NCBI GenBank assembly: GCA_046734415.1
Contig: JBKPRD010000059.1
Location: forward strand, 3,595 to 67,594
Length of the DNA stretch: 64,000 bases
Reading direction: 5' to 3'
Source of the DNA: Actinomycetota bacterium
Lineage (GTDB): Bacteria; Actinomycetota; Thermoleophilia; Gaiellales; Gaiellaceae
Shown here: positions 27,451 to 36,218 of the stretch, piece by piece
Layout: each line of letters begins with the position of its first letter
Position numbering within the stretch: the first letter of the stretch is position 1
Translations under genes and position numbers: made by a program
Notes under the pieces: model-generated
The model's input: the letters and a program-made list of their open reading frames with translations, nothing else
Told to the model about the DNA's origin: nothing
Database searches by the model: none

Positions 27451-27753
27451 ATGAGCGCCGAGACCCCGCTGCTCGCGTTCTTCACCGAGTCCAGGTCCGG
27501 ACCGGCCAGGCGGATGGAGAGCCTGCTCGCACATCTGGCCCGGAAGGAGCGTGGACGGCTCCGCGTCACGCGTGTGGACGTCGGCAAGCGCCCCGAGCTC
27601 GCCACCCGCCTCAACGTCGACACCGTCCCGACGCTGCTCCTGATCAAGGACAACCGCGTCGTCGGACGCCTCGTCGGGCGCGTCAGCGCGCCGCGGATCG
27701 AGCGAATGCTCGAGCAGCATCTCGAGCCTGCCGAAGCGGCCGCGCAGCTCTAG
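27451..27753 (+). CDS. Thioredoxin-fold protein lacking the CxxC active site
   Basis: Track ORF of 100 aa. It aligns by eye to thioredoxin (..VDVGKRPELATRLNVDTVPTLLLIKDNRVVGRLVG.. with the cis-Pro), but WCGPC is replaced by RSGPA. Confidence 0.65.
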   Translation: MSAETPLLAFFTESRSGPARRMESLLAHLARKERGRLRVTRVDVGKRPELATRLNVDTVPTLLLIKDNRVVGRLVGRVSAPRIERMLEQHLEPAEAAAQL

Positions 27754-28856
27754 GACAGGGCGCTCGGATTCTCGATGCGGTGGATCACCGCCAGCCCGAA
27801 CTCGCTCGCCCGCGCGCCGTCGATCACGCGATGGTCGAACGTGATTGCGATCGTCCCGGTCTGCAGGACCACGACCTCGCCGTCCCGGACGACCGGGCGC
27901 GGGCCGATCCGTCCGATCCCCATGATCGCGACCTCCGGGTAGTTGACGATCGGCGTGTGGAAGAGCCCGCCGAGCTTGCCGGCGCTCGTCACCGTGAAGG
28001 TCGAGCCGCGCAGCTCCTCGGGCGCGAGCGTGCCGGCGCGGGCGCCGTCGGCGAGCCTGGACACGTCGGCGGCGAGCTCGTCGATCGACCGGGAGTCGCA
28101 GCCCCGGACGACGGGAACCACGAGCCCCTGCTCGGTCTGCACCGCGACGCCGAGATCGTACCGGTCGAGGTAGACGATCTCGTCGCGCTCGAGGCGGGCG
28201 TTCAGCTCGGGGTACTCCTCGAGGGAGAGCGCGCACGCCTTCAGCGCCGTCGGGACGAGCAGCTTCAGGTCGAGCTGCTCGAAGTCGCACTCCTCGACCC
28301 ACGTCACCGGCGGCACCTCGCGGTGCGCGCGGGACATGTGCTCGGCGATCAGGCGGCGGACGCCGCGCAGCTTCTCGCGTCGTCCCTCCTGGACGGTGTC
28401 AGGGGAATGCCCCCGGACGTCGGCCTCCGTGACTTGGCCGTTCGGGCCGGTGCCGGTAACCATTTCGAGGTCGACGCCGAGCTCCCGGGCGATTCGGCGG
28501 ACGAGCGGCGTCGCGCGCGCGCGGCCGGAGGGGACCTGACTGGGGACTGTCCCCAGGTTGGGCGTCTCGGACGATGCGGCCGCCTCCGGAAGAGACCCGC
28601 TCGTGGCGGCGCCGTCAGGCGAGTCGCCGATGACCACGAGCACCGTCCCGACCGGGACGACCTCCCCCTCGGCGACCAGGATCCGCGCGACCTTGCCGGC
28701 CGCAGGCGAGGGGATCTCGACCGTCGTCTTGTCGGTCTGGATCTCGACGAGCGGGTCGTCCTCGGCGATCTCCTGGCCCTCGCTGACGAGCCACCGCGCG
28801 ACCTCGCCCTCGGTCAGGCCCTCGCCGAGGTCCGGGAGCTTGAACTCGTACGCCAT
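27750..28856 (-). CDS. 2-oxoacid dehydrogenase complex E2 (dihydrolipoamide acyltransferase), single lipoyl domain
   Basis: ATG at 28856 inside track ORF 27750..29561 gives 368 aa. Lipoyl site VEIQTDKTTVEIPSP, subunit-binding domain ATPLVRRIARELGVDL..GTGPNGQVT, catalytic DHRVIDGA. Confidence 0.9.
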   Translation of the reverse strand: MAYEFKLPDLGEGLTEGEVARWLVSEGQEIAEDDPLVEIQTDKTTVEIPSPAAGKVARILVAEGEVVPVGTVLVVIGDSPDGAATSGSLPEAAASSETPNLGTVPSQVPSGRARATPLVRRIARELGVDLEMVTGTGPNGQVTEADVRGHSPDTVQEGRREKLRGVRRLIAEHMSRAHREVPPVTWVEECDFEQLDLKLLVPTALKACALSLEEYPELNARLERDEIVYLDRYDLGVAVQTEQGLVVPVVRGCDSRSIDELAADVSRLADGARAGTLAPEELRGSTFTVTSAGKLGGLFHTPIVNYPEVAIMGIGRIGPRPVVRDGEVVVLQTGTIAITFDHRVIDGARASEFGLAVIHRIENPSALS

Positions 28857-29827
28857 CAGAATTGTTCGAGCAGCCGGCGGCCGGCGGCGGCGACGCGCTC
28901 GGCCGAGGGCATGTACGCGTCCTCGATCTGCCAGTAGGGATACGGAACGTCGAAGCCGGTCACCCGCAGCACCGGGCCCCGGAGGTCGAGGATCGCCTTC
29001 TCGGCGACGACGGCGGCGAGCTCTGCCCCGAACCCCGCGACCCGCGGGGCCTCCTGGACGATCACCACCCGCCCCGTTTTCGCAACCGACCAGAGCAGCG
29101 TCTCCTCGTCGAGCGGCTTCAGGGTGCGCACGTCCAGCACCTCCACCGACGCGTCGAGCAGGTCGGCCGCGGCATCGGCGACCGGCACCATCGCGCCGTA
29201 GGCCACGATCGTCAGGTCGGCCCCCTCCCGCACGACCCGCATCCGGCCGAGAGGAACGACGTGCTCGCCCTCCGGCACCTCGCCGCGCGCGGTGCGGTAG
29301 ACCAGTTTCGGCTCGAACACGACGACCGGGTCCGGGTCGCGGATGGCCGCCGCGAGCAGGCCCTTCGCGTCGGCAGGGGTCGACGGGATGGCGACCTTCA
29401 CGCCCGGGGTGTGCACGTAGTAGGCCTCGGGCGAGTCGTCGTGCAGCTCGGGTGCGCGCACGCCTCCCCCGTAGGGCATCCGGACGACCAGCGGGAACTC
29501 CATCCCGCCGCGCGTCCGCCAGCGGTAACGACCCACGTGGTTGATCAGCTGGTCGAGGCACGGGTAGCTGAAGGCGTCGTACTGCATCTCGCAGACCGGC
29601 CGCCAGCCGGCCATGCAGAGGCCGACTGCGGTGCCGAGGATCCCCGCCTCGGCGAGGGGCGTGTCGACGCAGCGGTCGGGTCCGAAGCGATCGCGCAGTC
29701 CTGCCGACGCGCGGAAGACGCCGCCCGCCCGCCCGACGTCCTCGCCCATCACGAGCACGGACTCGTCGCGCTCCATCTCGGTGTGGAGCGCATCGTTGAC
29801 CGCCTCCACGAGCGTCAGCTCAGCCAA
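28856..29827 (-). CDS. 2-oxoacid dehydrogenase E1 beta subunit
   Basis: Track ORF 28856..29869. I prefer TTG at 29827 (MAELTLVEAVNDALHTEMERDESVLVMGEDVG), which matches the usual E1-beta N-terminus. ATG at 29869 is the alternative. Confidence 0.9.
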   Translation of the reverse strand: MAELTLVEAVNDALHTEMERDESVLVMGEDVGRAGGVFRASAGLRDRFGPDRCVDTPLAEAGILGTAVGLCMAGWRPVCEMQYDAFSYPCLDQLINHVGRYRWRTRGGMEFPLVVRMPYGGGVRAPELHDDSPEAYYVHTPGVKVAIPSTPADAKGLLAAAIRDPDPVVVFEPKLVYRTARGEVPEGEHVVPLGRMRVVREGADLTIVAYGAMVPVADAAADLLDASVEVLDVRTLKPLDEETLLWSVAKTGRVVIVQEAPRVAGFGAELAAVVAEKAILDLRGPVLRVTGFDVPYPYWQIEDAYMPSAERVAAAGRRLLEQF

Positions 29828-30866
29828 GCCAGCCCTCCCGCAGCCCGGGTGGCGGCACGGCGTACGCATCCTCGAAGATCAGCTCGGGGTCGGCGGGCGG
29901 CTCTGCCTCGGCCGTCGCGATTCCCTCGCGCATCGCCTCCATCGCCTCCGCCTTGACGCGCGAGGCGAGGTCGTCGTCGAGCAGCCCGAGCCGGCGGAGG
30001 TAGCCCTCGTACCGCCCGATGCACTCGGTCGCGCGCGCCTCCTCGACCCGCTCCGCGTCGACGTAGGCCGTCGGGTCGTCCGCGGTCGCGTGCGGGGCGG
30101 CGCGGTAGGTGACCGCCTCGACGAAAGTCGGGCCCTCGCCGACCCGCGTGCGCGCCACGGCCTCCCGCGTCGCCTCGTACACCGCGAGCACGTCGGCGCC
30201 GTCGACGCGCGTGCCGGGAATGCCGTACCCGATCGCCTTGTCGGCGAGCGTCGGCGCGGCGGTCTGGGCCGCGAGCGGCGTGGAGATCGCCCACTGGTTG
30301 TTGTTGCAGAAGAGGACGATCGGCGCGCGCATCACCGCCGCGAAGTTCGCACCCTCGTGGAATGCCCCCTCCGAGGTCGCGCCGTCACCGAAGTACACGA
30401 TCGCTGCCGTCCGCTCGCCCCGGAGCTTCTTCCCCCACGCGAAGCCCGCCGCGTGTGGGACGTGCGTCGCAACCGGGACGCAGATCGAGGCGAGGTTGTA
30501 GTCCAGCGGGTTCCACCAGCCGGCCGGATGGCCGCGCCACCAGGAGAGCACCGTCGCGGGCGGCATGCCGCGCAGCAGTCCGATCGCAGACTCGCGGTAG
30601 CTCGGGAAGATCCAGTCGTCGGGCTCCAGCGCGTAGTGCGAGCCGACCTGCATCGCCTCGTGGTTCCAGAAGATGGCGTAGGTGCCGACGCGCCCCTGCC
30701 GGTGGTAGACGAGCGAGCGCTCGTCGTAGGTGCGCAGGAGGACGAGCTGCCGGTAGAGCTCGAGCAGGTCGCTCTCCTCGAGGCCCTCGACGGCGCCGTC
30801 GGGCACTCTCTCGCCGTCGCCGATCACTCGGCGCAGACCGCGCTCCGCCGGCAGCACCTGAGCCAC
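29820..30866 (-). CDS. 2-oxoacid dehydrogenase E1 alpha subunit (ThDP-binding)
   Basis: GTG at 30866 inside track ORF 29820..32384 gives 348 aa. ThDP motif YFGDGATSEGAFHEGANFAA...NNQWAIS. Substrate (pyruvate, branched-chain or acetoin) is not resolvable by eye. Confidence 0.85.
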   Translation of the reverse strand: MAQVLPAERGLRRVIGDGERVPDGAVEGLEESDLLELYRQLVLLRTYDERSLVYHRQGRVGTYAIFWNHEAMQVGSHYALEPDDWIFPSYRESAIGLLRGMPPATVLSWWRGHPAGWWNPLDYNLASICVPVATHVPHAAGFAWGKKLRGERTAAIVYFGDGATSEGAFHEGANFAAVMRAPIVLFCNNNQWAISTPLAAQTAAPTLADKAIGYGIPGTRVDGADVLAVYEATREAVARTRVGEGPTFVEAVTYRAAPHATADDPTAYVDAERVEEARATECIGRYEGYLRRLGLLDDDLASRVKAEAMEAMREGIATAEAEPPADPELIFEDAYAVPPPGLREGWLG

Positions 30867-30901
30867 GGCAGGAATGTACCCGGACGGTTGTCGCGCGAGT
30901 A

Positions 30902-31750
30902 CTAGACGAGCACGTCGATCGCGTCCCGTTCGGCCTCGAACACCGCCTCCGTGAAGTCGCCGAGGTCCTCGCCGTCGGCCTGCAGCGGCAGTGGCTCGTC
31001 GCACCGCACGAGCAGTCGGTCGACGTCGTGCCGCGCGATCACGCCGGGCCCCCCCACGAGCCCGCGACCGACCGCCAGGCGGCCGGCGAGCCGAAGCGAC
31101 GTCAGCGCGCCCGCCCGCGCCGGAGCAGTCACGTCGAGCCCGAGCTCGAACCGCGCCGCGGGGGAGAAGCGCAGCGGCAGCGGCCCGGCGTACGAGAAGA
31201 CGGCGTCGTTCGAGACGAAAAGCAGCGCGGCGCGGCCCAGCCCCTCGATCTCCAGCCGCGGCTCGTACCCGCCCAGCAGCCGCCGAGCGACGACCCGTGC
31301 GTAGGCGAGATCGCCCGGCCGCCGCCCGTCGCGGCGGCGCTGGATCGTGTCCAGCTCGCGGACCGCCTCGGAGTCGACCCCGATCCCGGCTGCGAAAGCG
31401 AAGCGGCGCCCGTTGACCCGTCCGAGCGAGATGCGGCGCGGGCGGCATGCCGCCGCGGGATCCTCGGGAGCGCCGATTGCCCGCGCGAACACATTCGTGT
31501 GCCCGCCAGGGACGACGCCCAGCGGCTTCCCCGCCGGGAGGCCGTTGATCACCTCGTTCACCACGCCGTCGCCGCCGAAGACGAACACCGTGTCCCCGAC
31601 CGCCCGGCCCGCCAGCTCCGTCGCATGACCCGGACCCTCGGTCAGCAGCGTCTCGACCGCACCGAGGCGCTTCTCGACCGCCCGCACCCGGTCCTCCGAC
31701 ATGCGGCTCGCCCACGGATTGACGATCAGGGTCGCCCGTAGATCCGCCAT
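30902..31750 (-). CDS. Diacylglycerol-kinase-catalytic-domain lipid kinase (YegS/BmrU-like)
   Basis: Track ORF of 282 aa: LIVNPWAS..., VFVFGGDGVVNEVINGL, PGGHTNVFAR. Confidence 0.8.
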   Translation of the reverse strand: MADLRATLIVNPWASRMSEDRVRAVEKRLGAVETLLTEGPGHATELAGRAVGDTVFVFGGDGVVNEVINGLPAGKPLGVVPGGHTNVFARAIGAPEDPAAACRPRRISLGRVNGRRFAFAAGIGVDSEAVRELDTIQRRRDGRRPGDLAYARVVARRLLGGYEPRLEIEGLGRAALLFVSNDAVFSYAGPLPLRFSPAARFELGLDVTAPARAGALTSLRLAGRLAVGRGLVGGPGVIARHDVDRLLVRCDEPLPLQADGEDLGDFTEAVFEAERDAIDVLV

Positions 31751-31753
31751 CGC

Positions 31754-32329
31754 TCAGGCCGGTGTCGAGTAGCCGCGCATGCCGTAGACGAGCAGCGCGA
31801 AGAACCGGTCCGCGAGCTCGTCGGTGTCGCGGCCCGGCTGGAGCCACGTATAGGCCCAGTTCGCCGCCGAGAGCAGGAGCAGCGCGGCGATGCTCTCGTC
31901 GAGGTCGGCGCGAAGCTCGGACAGCTCGCGGCCCTCCCGGAAGAGGTCCCGGATCCGCTCCTCGTAGCGGCGGCGCTCGGCGACGATCTCGTCCCGCCGA
32001 TCGCCCTCGAGGTAGCGCCACTCCTGGACGAACACGGTGGCGACGTCGAGCTGCTCGGCGACCACGCGGAGGTGGCCGCGGAGGGCAAGCCGGATCTTGT
32101 CCGTCGCCGCCGCGTCGTCCGGGATCGCGTCGAGCGCGGCGTGGAACGCGTCGGCGCCCTCGCGCATGGTCTCGTAGAGCAGGTCCTCCTTCGAGGAGAT
32201 GTGCGCGTAGAGCGAGCCCTTCTGGACTCCCATCGCGTCGGCGATGTCGCCGATCGAGGTGCCGTGGTAGCCCTTCTGCGCGAAGAGCTTCGCGGCCTCG
32301 CGGGTCAACTCGCGGCGACGTGTGCTCAT
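31754..32329 (-). CDS. TetR-family transcriptional regulator
   Basis: Track ORF of 191 aa. N-terminal HTH AAKLFAQKGYHGTSIGDIADAMGVQKGSLYAHISSKEDLL. Confidence 0.85.
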   Translation of the reverse strand: MSTRRRELTREAAKLFAQKGYHGTSIGDIADAMGVQKGSLYAHISSKEDLLYETMREGADAFHAALDAIPDDAAATDKIRLALRGHLRVVAEQLDVATVFVQEWRYLEGDRRDEIVAERRRYEERIRDLFREGRELSELRADLDESIAALLLLSAANWAYTWLQPGRDTDELADRFFALLVYGMRGYSTPA

Positions 32330-32784
32330 ACGGCGAGGTGTCCCCTCGCCTCGGCGACGCGGGGGACGACCCCCTTTTGCTCATAGAGCTCGAGCGCCCG
32401 GCGCCACGCGGCCTGGGCCTCTTCCTGCTTGTCCGCCCGGCCCAAGACCGCCCCGAGCGCCAGGTAGGCGTCCGCGGTCACCTCCAGATAGTCCGTGGGC
32501 TCGACGAACGCGACGGCCCCGCGTGCAAGACGCTCCGCCTCCTCCAGTGCCGCTCGATCACCGTGCGCATCGCCTCGAAATAGCGCGCCAATCACGTGCC
32601 GCAGGCTCTCCGGGTCGATCCGCTCCCCGAGCGCGGTCGAGCCGGTGACGTCGCAGAAGACGACGGTGACGATCTTCCGGACCTCGCGGACGGGAACAGG
32701 CGCGTCCAGCGGCTTCCCGCAGCCCGCGCAGAACCGGGCTCCCTCCGGATTGGCGAACTCGCAGGCGGGGCAGACGACTGTCAT
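32326..32784 (-). CDS. Zinc-ribbon protein carrying only the first ~35 aa of a class III nucleotidyl cyclase domain plus a TPR-like tail (miniaturised remnant or small regulator)
   Basis: Track ORF of 152 aa. CPACEFANPEGARFCAGCG is a zinc ribbon and RKIVTVVFCDVTGSTALGERIDPESL is the cyclase N-terminal strand with the metal Asp. The rest of the catalytic domain is missing. The tail ..ADKQEEAQAAWRRALELYEQKG.. is TPR-like. ATGA overlap with tetR. Confidence 0.55.
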   Translation of the reverse strand: MTVVCPACEFANPEGARFCAGCGKPLDAPVPVREVRKIVTVVFCDVTGSTALGERIDPESLRHVIGALFRGDAHGDRAALEEAERLARGAVAFVEPTDYLEVTADAYLALGAVLGRADKQEEAQAAWRRALELYEQKGVVPRVAEARGHLAV

Positions 32785-32791
32785 ACTTCCG

Positions 32792-32801
32792 AACGATCGT
32801 T
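32792..32801. promoter_or_regulatory. Perfect 10-bp palindrome AACGATCGTT in the 21-nt divergent gap between the zinc-ribbon/tetR operon and paaA
   Basis: Read directly from the sequence: ...cat acttccg AACGATCGTT aggt ATG. It is the only intergenic DNA between the two divergent operons and is a candidate operator. Confidence 0.25.
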
Positions 32802-32805
32802 AGGT

Positions 32806-33711
32806 ATGGATGGTCCGTCTACTGAAGCCGAATTCCTCGAGTACGTCCAGTCGGGCGGCCAGGTCGAGGTCGACGACTGGATGCCGGACGAGTACCGGGC
32901 GAAGCTGATCAAGTTCATCGAGATGCACGGTAACTCGGAGCTGATGGGGGTCCTGCCAGAGCGAGAGTGGATCCTCCGCGCTCCGACGCTGCAGCGCAAG
33001 CTGGCATTGACCGCGAAGGTGCAGGACGAGGTCGGACACTCGCAGCTCATCTACCGGGTCGTCGAGGACCTCGGCAAGCCCCGCGAGCAGTGCCTCGCCG
33101 ACCTGATCTCGGGTAAGGCGAAGTTCCACAACGTGTTCCACTACCCGACGAAGACGTGGGGCGACGTGGGCGTGATCGCGTGGCTCGTCGACGCGGCCGC
33201 GATCATCTCCCAGAAGGCGCTGCTCAAGTGCTCGTACGCGCCGTACGCGCGGATCATGAAAAAGATCTGCTGGGAGGAGTCGTTCCACATCCTCCACGGC
33301 CGCGACGTCGTGCTGACGATGATGAACGGCACCGACGAGCAGCGCGAGCTCGTGCAGGAGGCGCTCGATCGCTGGTGGCCGCCGCTGATGATGTTCCACG
33401 GCAACCCGATCGACGCGAAGGACGACCCCGTCGTCCAGTGGCGGATCAAGACGCAGGGGAACGAGGAGGCGCGGCAGCAGTTCCTCGACGGCTACGTCCC
33501 GCAGGTCTGGGAGCTCGGGCTGACCGTCCCGGATCCGAAGCTGCGCAGGCGCGACGACGACGTCTGGGAGTACACCGAGCCGGACTGGGAGGAGCTGCGC
33601 TCGGTCGTGACCGGCCACGGCCCGAAGACCGCGGAGCGGCTCGAGTTCAGGCGGATCTCGCGCGAGGAGACCGAGTGGGTCCGGCGGGTCGTCCTCGCCG
33701 ACGCGGCGTGA
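32806..33711 (+). CDS. paaA: 1,2-phenylacetyl-CoA epoxidase catalytic subunit PaaA (di-iron oxygenase)
   Basis: ATG at 32806 (residue 71 of track ORF 32596..33711) gives 301 aa. Ferritin-like di-iron ligands lie in AKVQDEVGHSQ and CWEESFHILHG. Confidence 0.9.
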   Translation: MDGPSTEAEFLEYVQSGGQVEVDDWMPDEYRAKLIKFIEMHGNSELMGVLPEREWILRAPTLQRKLALTAKVQDEVGHSQLIYRVVEDLGKPREQCLADLISGKAKFHNVFHYPTKTWGDVGVIAWLVDAAAIISQKALLKCSYAPYARIMKKICWEESFHILHGRDVVLTMMNGTDEQRELVQEALDRWWPPLMMFHGNPIDAKDDPVVQWRIKTQGNEEARQQFLDGYVPQVWELGLTVPDPKLRRRDDDVWEYTEPDWEELRSVVTGHGPKTAERLEFRRISREETEWVRRVVLADAA

Positions 33712-33992
33712 TCTGGGAGGTCTTCCGGCAGGAGCGTAAGGGCGTTGCGTTCGAGCACGCGGGGTCCGTCGCCGCGCCGGACGAGGCGTTCGCGCGCGCC
33801 TACGCGCACGAGCAGTACGGCCGGCGCGGGGAGTCCGTATGTCTCTGGGTCTTGCCGCGAGAGTCGATCCTCGAGGTCGAGGACTTCGTCGACGAGCTGA
33901 ACCGCAACTACCACCGGGTCGACGGGTACTCGTTGAAGGCGAAGCTGGCGGAGGCACGTGAACGAGCGGGCACAGCTACTTCAGATCGCTGA
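33708..33992 (+). CDS. paaB: 1,2-phenylacetyl-CoA epoxidase subunit PaaB
   Basis: GTG at 33708 (GTGA overlap with the paaA stop) gives 94 aa: VIWEVFRQERKGVAFEHAGSV.APDEAFARAYAHEQYGRR, typical PaaB. Confidence 0.85.
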   Translation: MIWEVFRQERKGVAFEHAGSVAAPDEAFARAYAHEQYGRRGESVCLWVLPRESILEVEDFVDELNRNYHRVDGYSLKAKLAEARERAGTATSDR

Positions 33993-34584
33993 CGACGAGC
34001 TCGTCCTCGGCTGGCGGGACTCGGAGTGGACGGGCATCGCGCCCGTGCTCGAGGAGGACGTCGCCTTCTCCTCGATCGCCCAGAACGAGATCGGGCACGC
34101 GCGCGCGATCTACCAGCTGCTGTCCGAGGATGCGGACGCGCTCGCCTTCGACCGCGACCCGCGTGAGTACCGCTGCGCGCAGCTCGTCGAGGTGCGGTTC
34201 GTGCCCGACTGGGCGCGGACGATCGCGCGCCGCGTGCTCTACGAGGCCGCGGACGAGATCCGCCTCGCCGCGTTGAAGGCCTCGCCCGACCAGGCGGTCG
34301 CAGGTCTCGCGGCCAAGATCGACCGCGAGGAGGCCTACCACCGCATGCACGCACAGATGTGGCGGGAGCGGCTGCGCGACGAGGAGCGCTTCGGCATGGC
34401 GCTCGAGGAGCTGTGGCCGTACGCGCTGGGCACGCTCGAGCCCGGGCACCGCGAGCAGCTGACCGACCTCTTCGCGCTGCCGGAGTGCGACCCGATCGAG
34501 CGCGGCGGCCACGCCGACGAATGGCCGGCGCTCTGGGAGGAGATGACCGAGGTGCGGCGGTCGGTGCCGGGAGCGACGTGGTGA
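33958..34584 (+). CDS. paaC: 1,2-phenylacetyl-CoA epoxidase structural subunit PaaC (short form)
   Basis: Track ORF of 208 aa, GTG start: LLQIADDELVLGWRDSEWTG, SIAQNEIGHA, EEAYHRMHA. Confidence 0.8.
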   Translation: MNERAQLLQIADDELVLGWRDSEWTGIAPVLEEDVAFSSIAQNEIGHARAIYQLLSEDADALAFDRDPREYRCAQLVEVRFVPDWARTIARRVLYEAADEIRLAALKASPDQAVAGLAAKIDREEAYHRMHAQMWRERLRDEERFGMALEELWPYALGTLEPGHREQLTDLFALPECDPIERGGHADEWPALWEEMTEVRRSVPGATW

Positions 34585-35063
34585 CCACCGACGAGGTCTG
34601 GTCGGCGCTCGCCGAGGTCGAGGACCCCGAGGTCCCGGTGATCTCGGTCGTCGACCTGGGAGTCGTGCGCGACGTCCAGGTCGAAGGCGGGCGGGTGCAC
34701 GTCGAGTTCACGCCGACGTTCCTCGGCTGCCCGGCGCTCGAGGTGATGCGCGCGCAGATGGCGCAGGCGATCGAGAGTCTCGGCGCCGACGCCGACGTCG
34801 AGGTCGTGCTCGACGACTCCTGGTCGACCGACCGGATCACGCCCGAGGGCCGCGAGAAGCTCCGCGCCGCCGGCTTCGCCCCACCGGCTCCCCGTGATGC
34901 GACGGCGCCGAAGCTCGTGCAGCTCCAGAGCCGGGTCTTCCGCTGCCCCTACTGCGGCTCGACGGACACGAAGCTCGAGAACATCTTCGGGCCGACCCCG
35001 TGCCGGTCGATCCGCTACTGCACGAGCTGCCGCCAGCCGTTCGAGCAGTTCAAGACGATCTAG
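34578..35063 (+). CDS. paaD: Phenylacetate-CoA oxygenase subunit PaaD (DUF59/MIP18 domain + C-terminal zinc ribbon)
   Basis: GTG at 34578 inside track ORF 34359..35063 gives 161 aa: VEDPEVPVISVVDLGVV..TPTFLGCPA.., C-terminal CPYCGS...CTSCRQPFEQFK. Confidence 0.85.
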   Translation: MVTTDEVWSALAEVEDPEVPVISVVDLGVVRDVQVEGGRVHVEFTPTFLGCPALEVMRAQMAQAIESLGADADVEVVLDDSWSTDRITPEGREKLRAAGFAPPAPRDATAPKLVQLQSRVFRCPYCGSTDTKLENIFGPTPCRSIRYCTSCRQPFEQFKTI

Positions 35064-35099
35064 CGATCCACATGAGCGCGGCCCGCGACGGTCTCGCGC

Positions 35100-36188
35100 C
35101 TACGTCGCGAGGACGCGCGGGCCTCCGGCCGCAACCAGCTCCCGGACGCGGGGGACGACCTCGGTGCCGTAGAGCTCGACGTTCGTCATGAGCTGGTCGT
35201 GGGTCAGGCCCGGCATCCCGAACTTGAGGTCGAAGCGGTTTGCGTCGAGCGCCTCGAGGTTCCTCGCGATCTTCTGGGCGACCGTCTCGGGCGAGCCCAC
35301 GTAGAGGGCGCCGTCCGTGCCGGTGTCGCGGAGGAACGTCTTCTTGTTCGGAACCGGGAAGCCGCGCTCCACGACCATCTTGCGCATGATCCGTTCCCAG
35401 TGCGGCCAGAACTCCTCGACCGCCTGCTCGTCCGTGGCGGCGACGTGGCCCGGGGAATGGACGGCGACCGGCCGGGGCGAGTAGCCGAACTCCCCCAGCG
35501 CCTTCCGGAACAGTCGCGAGAACGGTGCGAAGCGGGCGGGCGGGCCGCCGATGATCGCGAGCGCGAGGGAGAAGCCGTAACGCGCAGCGCGGACGACCGA
35601 TTCGGGGTTGCCGCCGACGCCGATCGAGACGGGCAGCGGTGTCTCGAGGTGGGGGACCACGTCCTGCTCGTGGAGGGGGGCGCGGGTGGTGCCCTGCCAG
35701 GTGACGGCGCCGCCCCTGACGAGCTCGGCGAACAGGTTTGTCTTCTCCTCGAACAGCCGCTCGTAGTCGGCGAGGTCGTAGCCGAAGAGGGGGAACGATT
35801 CGATGCTGGAGCCGCGACCGAGGATCACCTCGGCGCGTCCGTTCGAGATCGCGTTCAGCGTGGAGTAGCGCTGGAAGACGCGGACAGGGTCGTCCGAACT
35901 GAGTACGGTCACGGCCGAGCCGAGGCGGATGCGGCTCGTGCGACCGGCGATCGCGGCGAGAGCGACGTCGCCGGCGGGCATCGGGAAGTCGTCGGTGTGG
36001 TGCTCGCCGATGCCGAAGAAATCGACGCCGGTCTGGTCTGCGAGGACGCCCTGCTCGACGACGCTGCGGATCGTCTCTGCCTGGGAGAGCGGCCTGCCGT
36101 GCTCGTCGTGGACGTGGTCGCCGAAGGTGTCCAGGCCGAGCACGAGCGGGAACTCTTCGAGCACCCGTGTGGATGTCATGGCGGTCAT
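35100..36188 (-). CDS. Luciferase-like (LLM class) flavin/F420-dependent oxidoreductase
   Basis: ATG at 36188 (GGAG 6-7 nt upstream; ATGs at 36200 and 36179 are alternatives) gives 362 aa: ..FFGIGEHHT.., ..RIRLGSAVTVL.., ..GSPETVAQKI... Confidence 0.85.
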   Translation of the reverse strand: MTAMTSTRVLEEFPLVLGLDTFGDHVHDEHGRPLSQAETIRSVVEQGVLADQTGVDFFGIGEHHTDDFPMPAGDVALAAIAGRTSRIRLGSAVTVLSSDDPVRVFQRYSTLNAISNGRAEVILGRGSSIESFPLFGYDLADYERLFEEKTNLFAELVRGGAVTWQGTTRAPLHEQDVVPHLETPLPVSIGVGGNPESVVRAARYGFSLALAIIGGPPARFAPFSRLFRKALGEFGYSPRPVAVHSPGHVAATDEQAVEEFWPHWERIMRKMVVERGFPVPNKKTFLRDTGTDGALYVGSPETVAQKIARNLEALDANRFDLKFGMPGLTHDQLMTNVELYGTEVVPRVRELVAAGGPRVLAT

Positions 36189-36218
36189 TTCAGTCTCCAT
36201 TCGGACTACTGGTCTAGG

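Noticed and set aside
35064-35099. Terminator hairpin in the paaD / LLM convergent gap
   Set aside because: There is only a 5-bp stem (CGCGA...TCGCG) and no U-tract on either strand, which is too weak to call.
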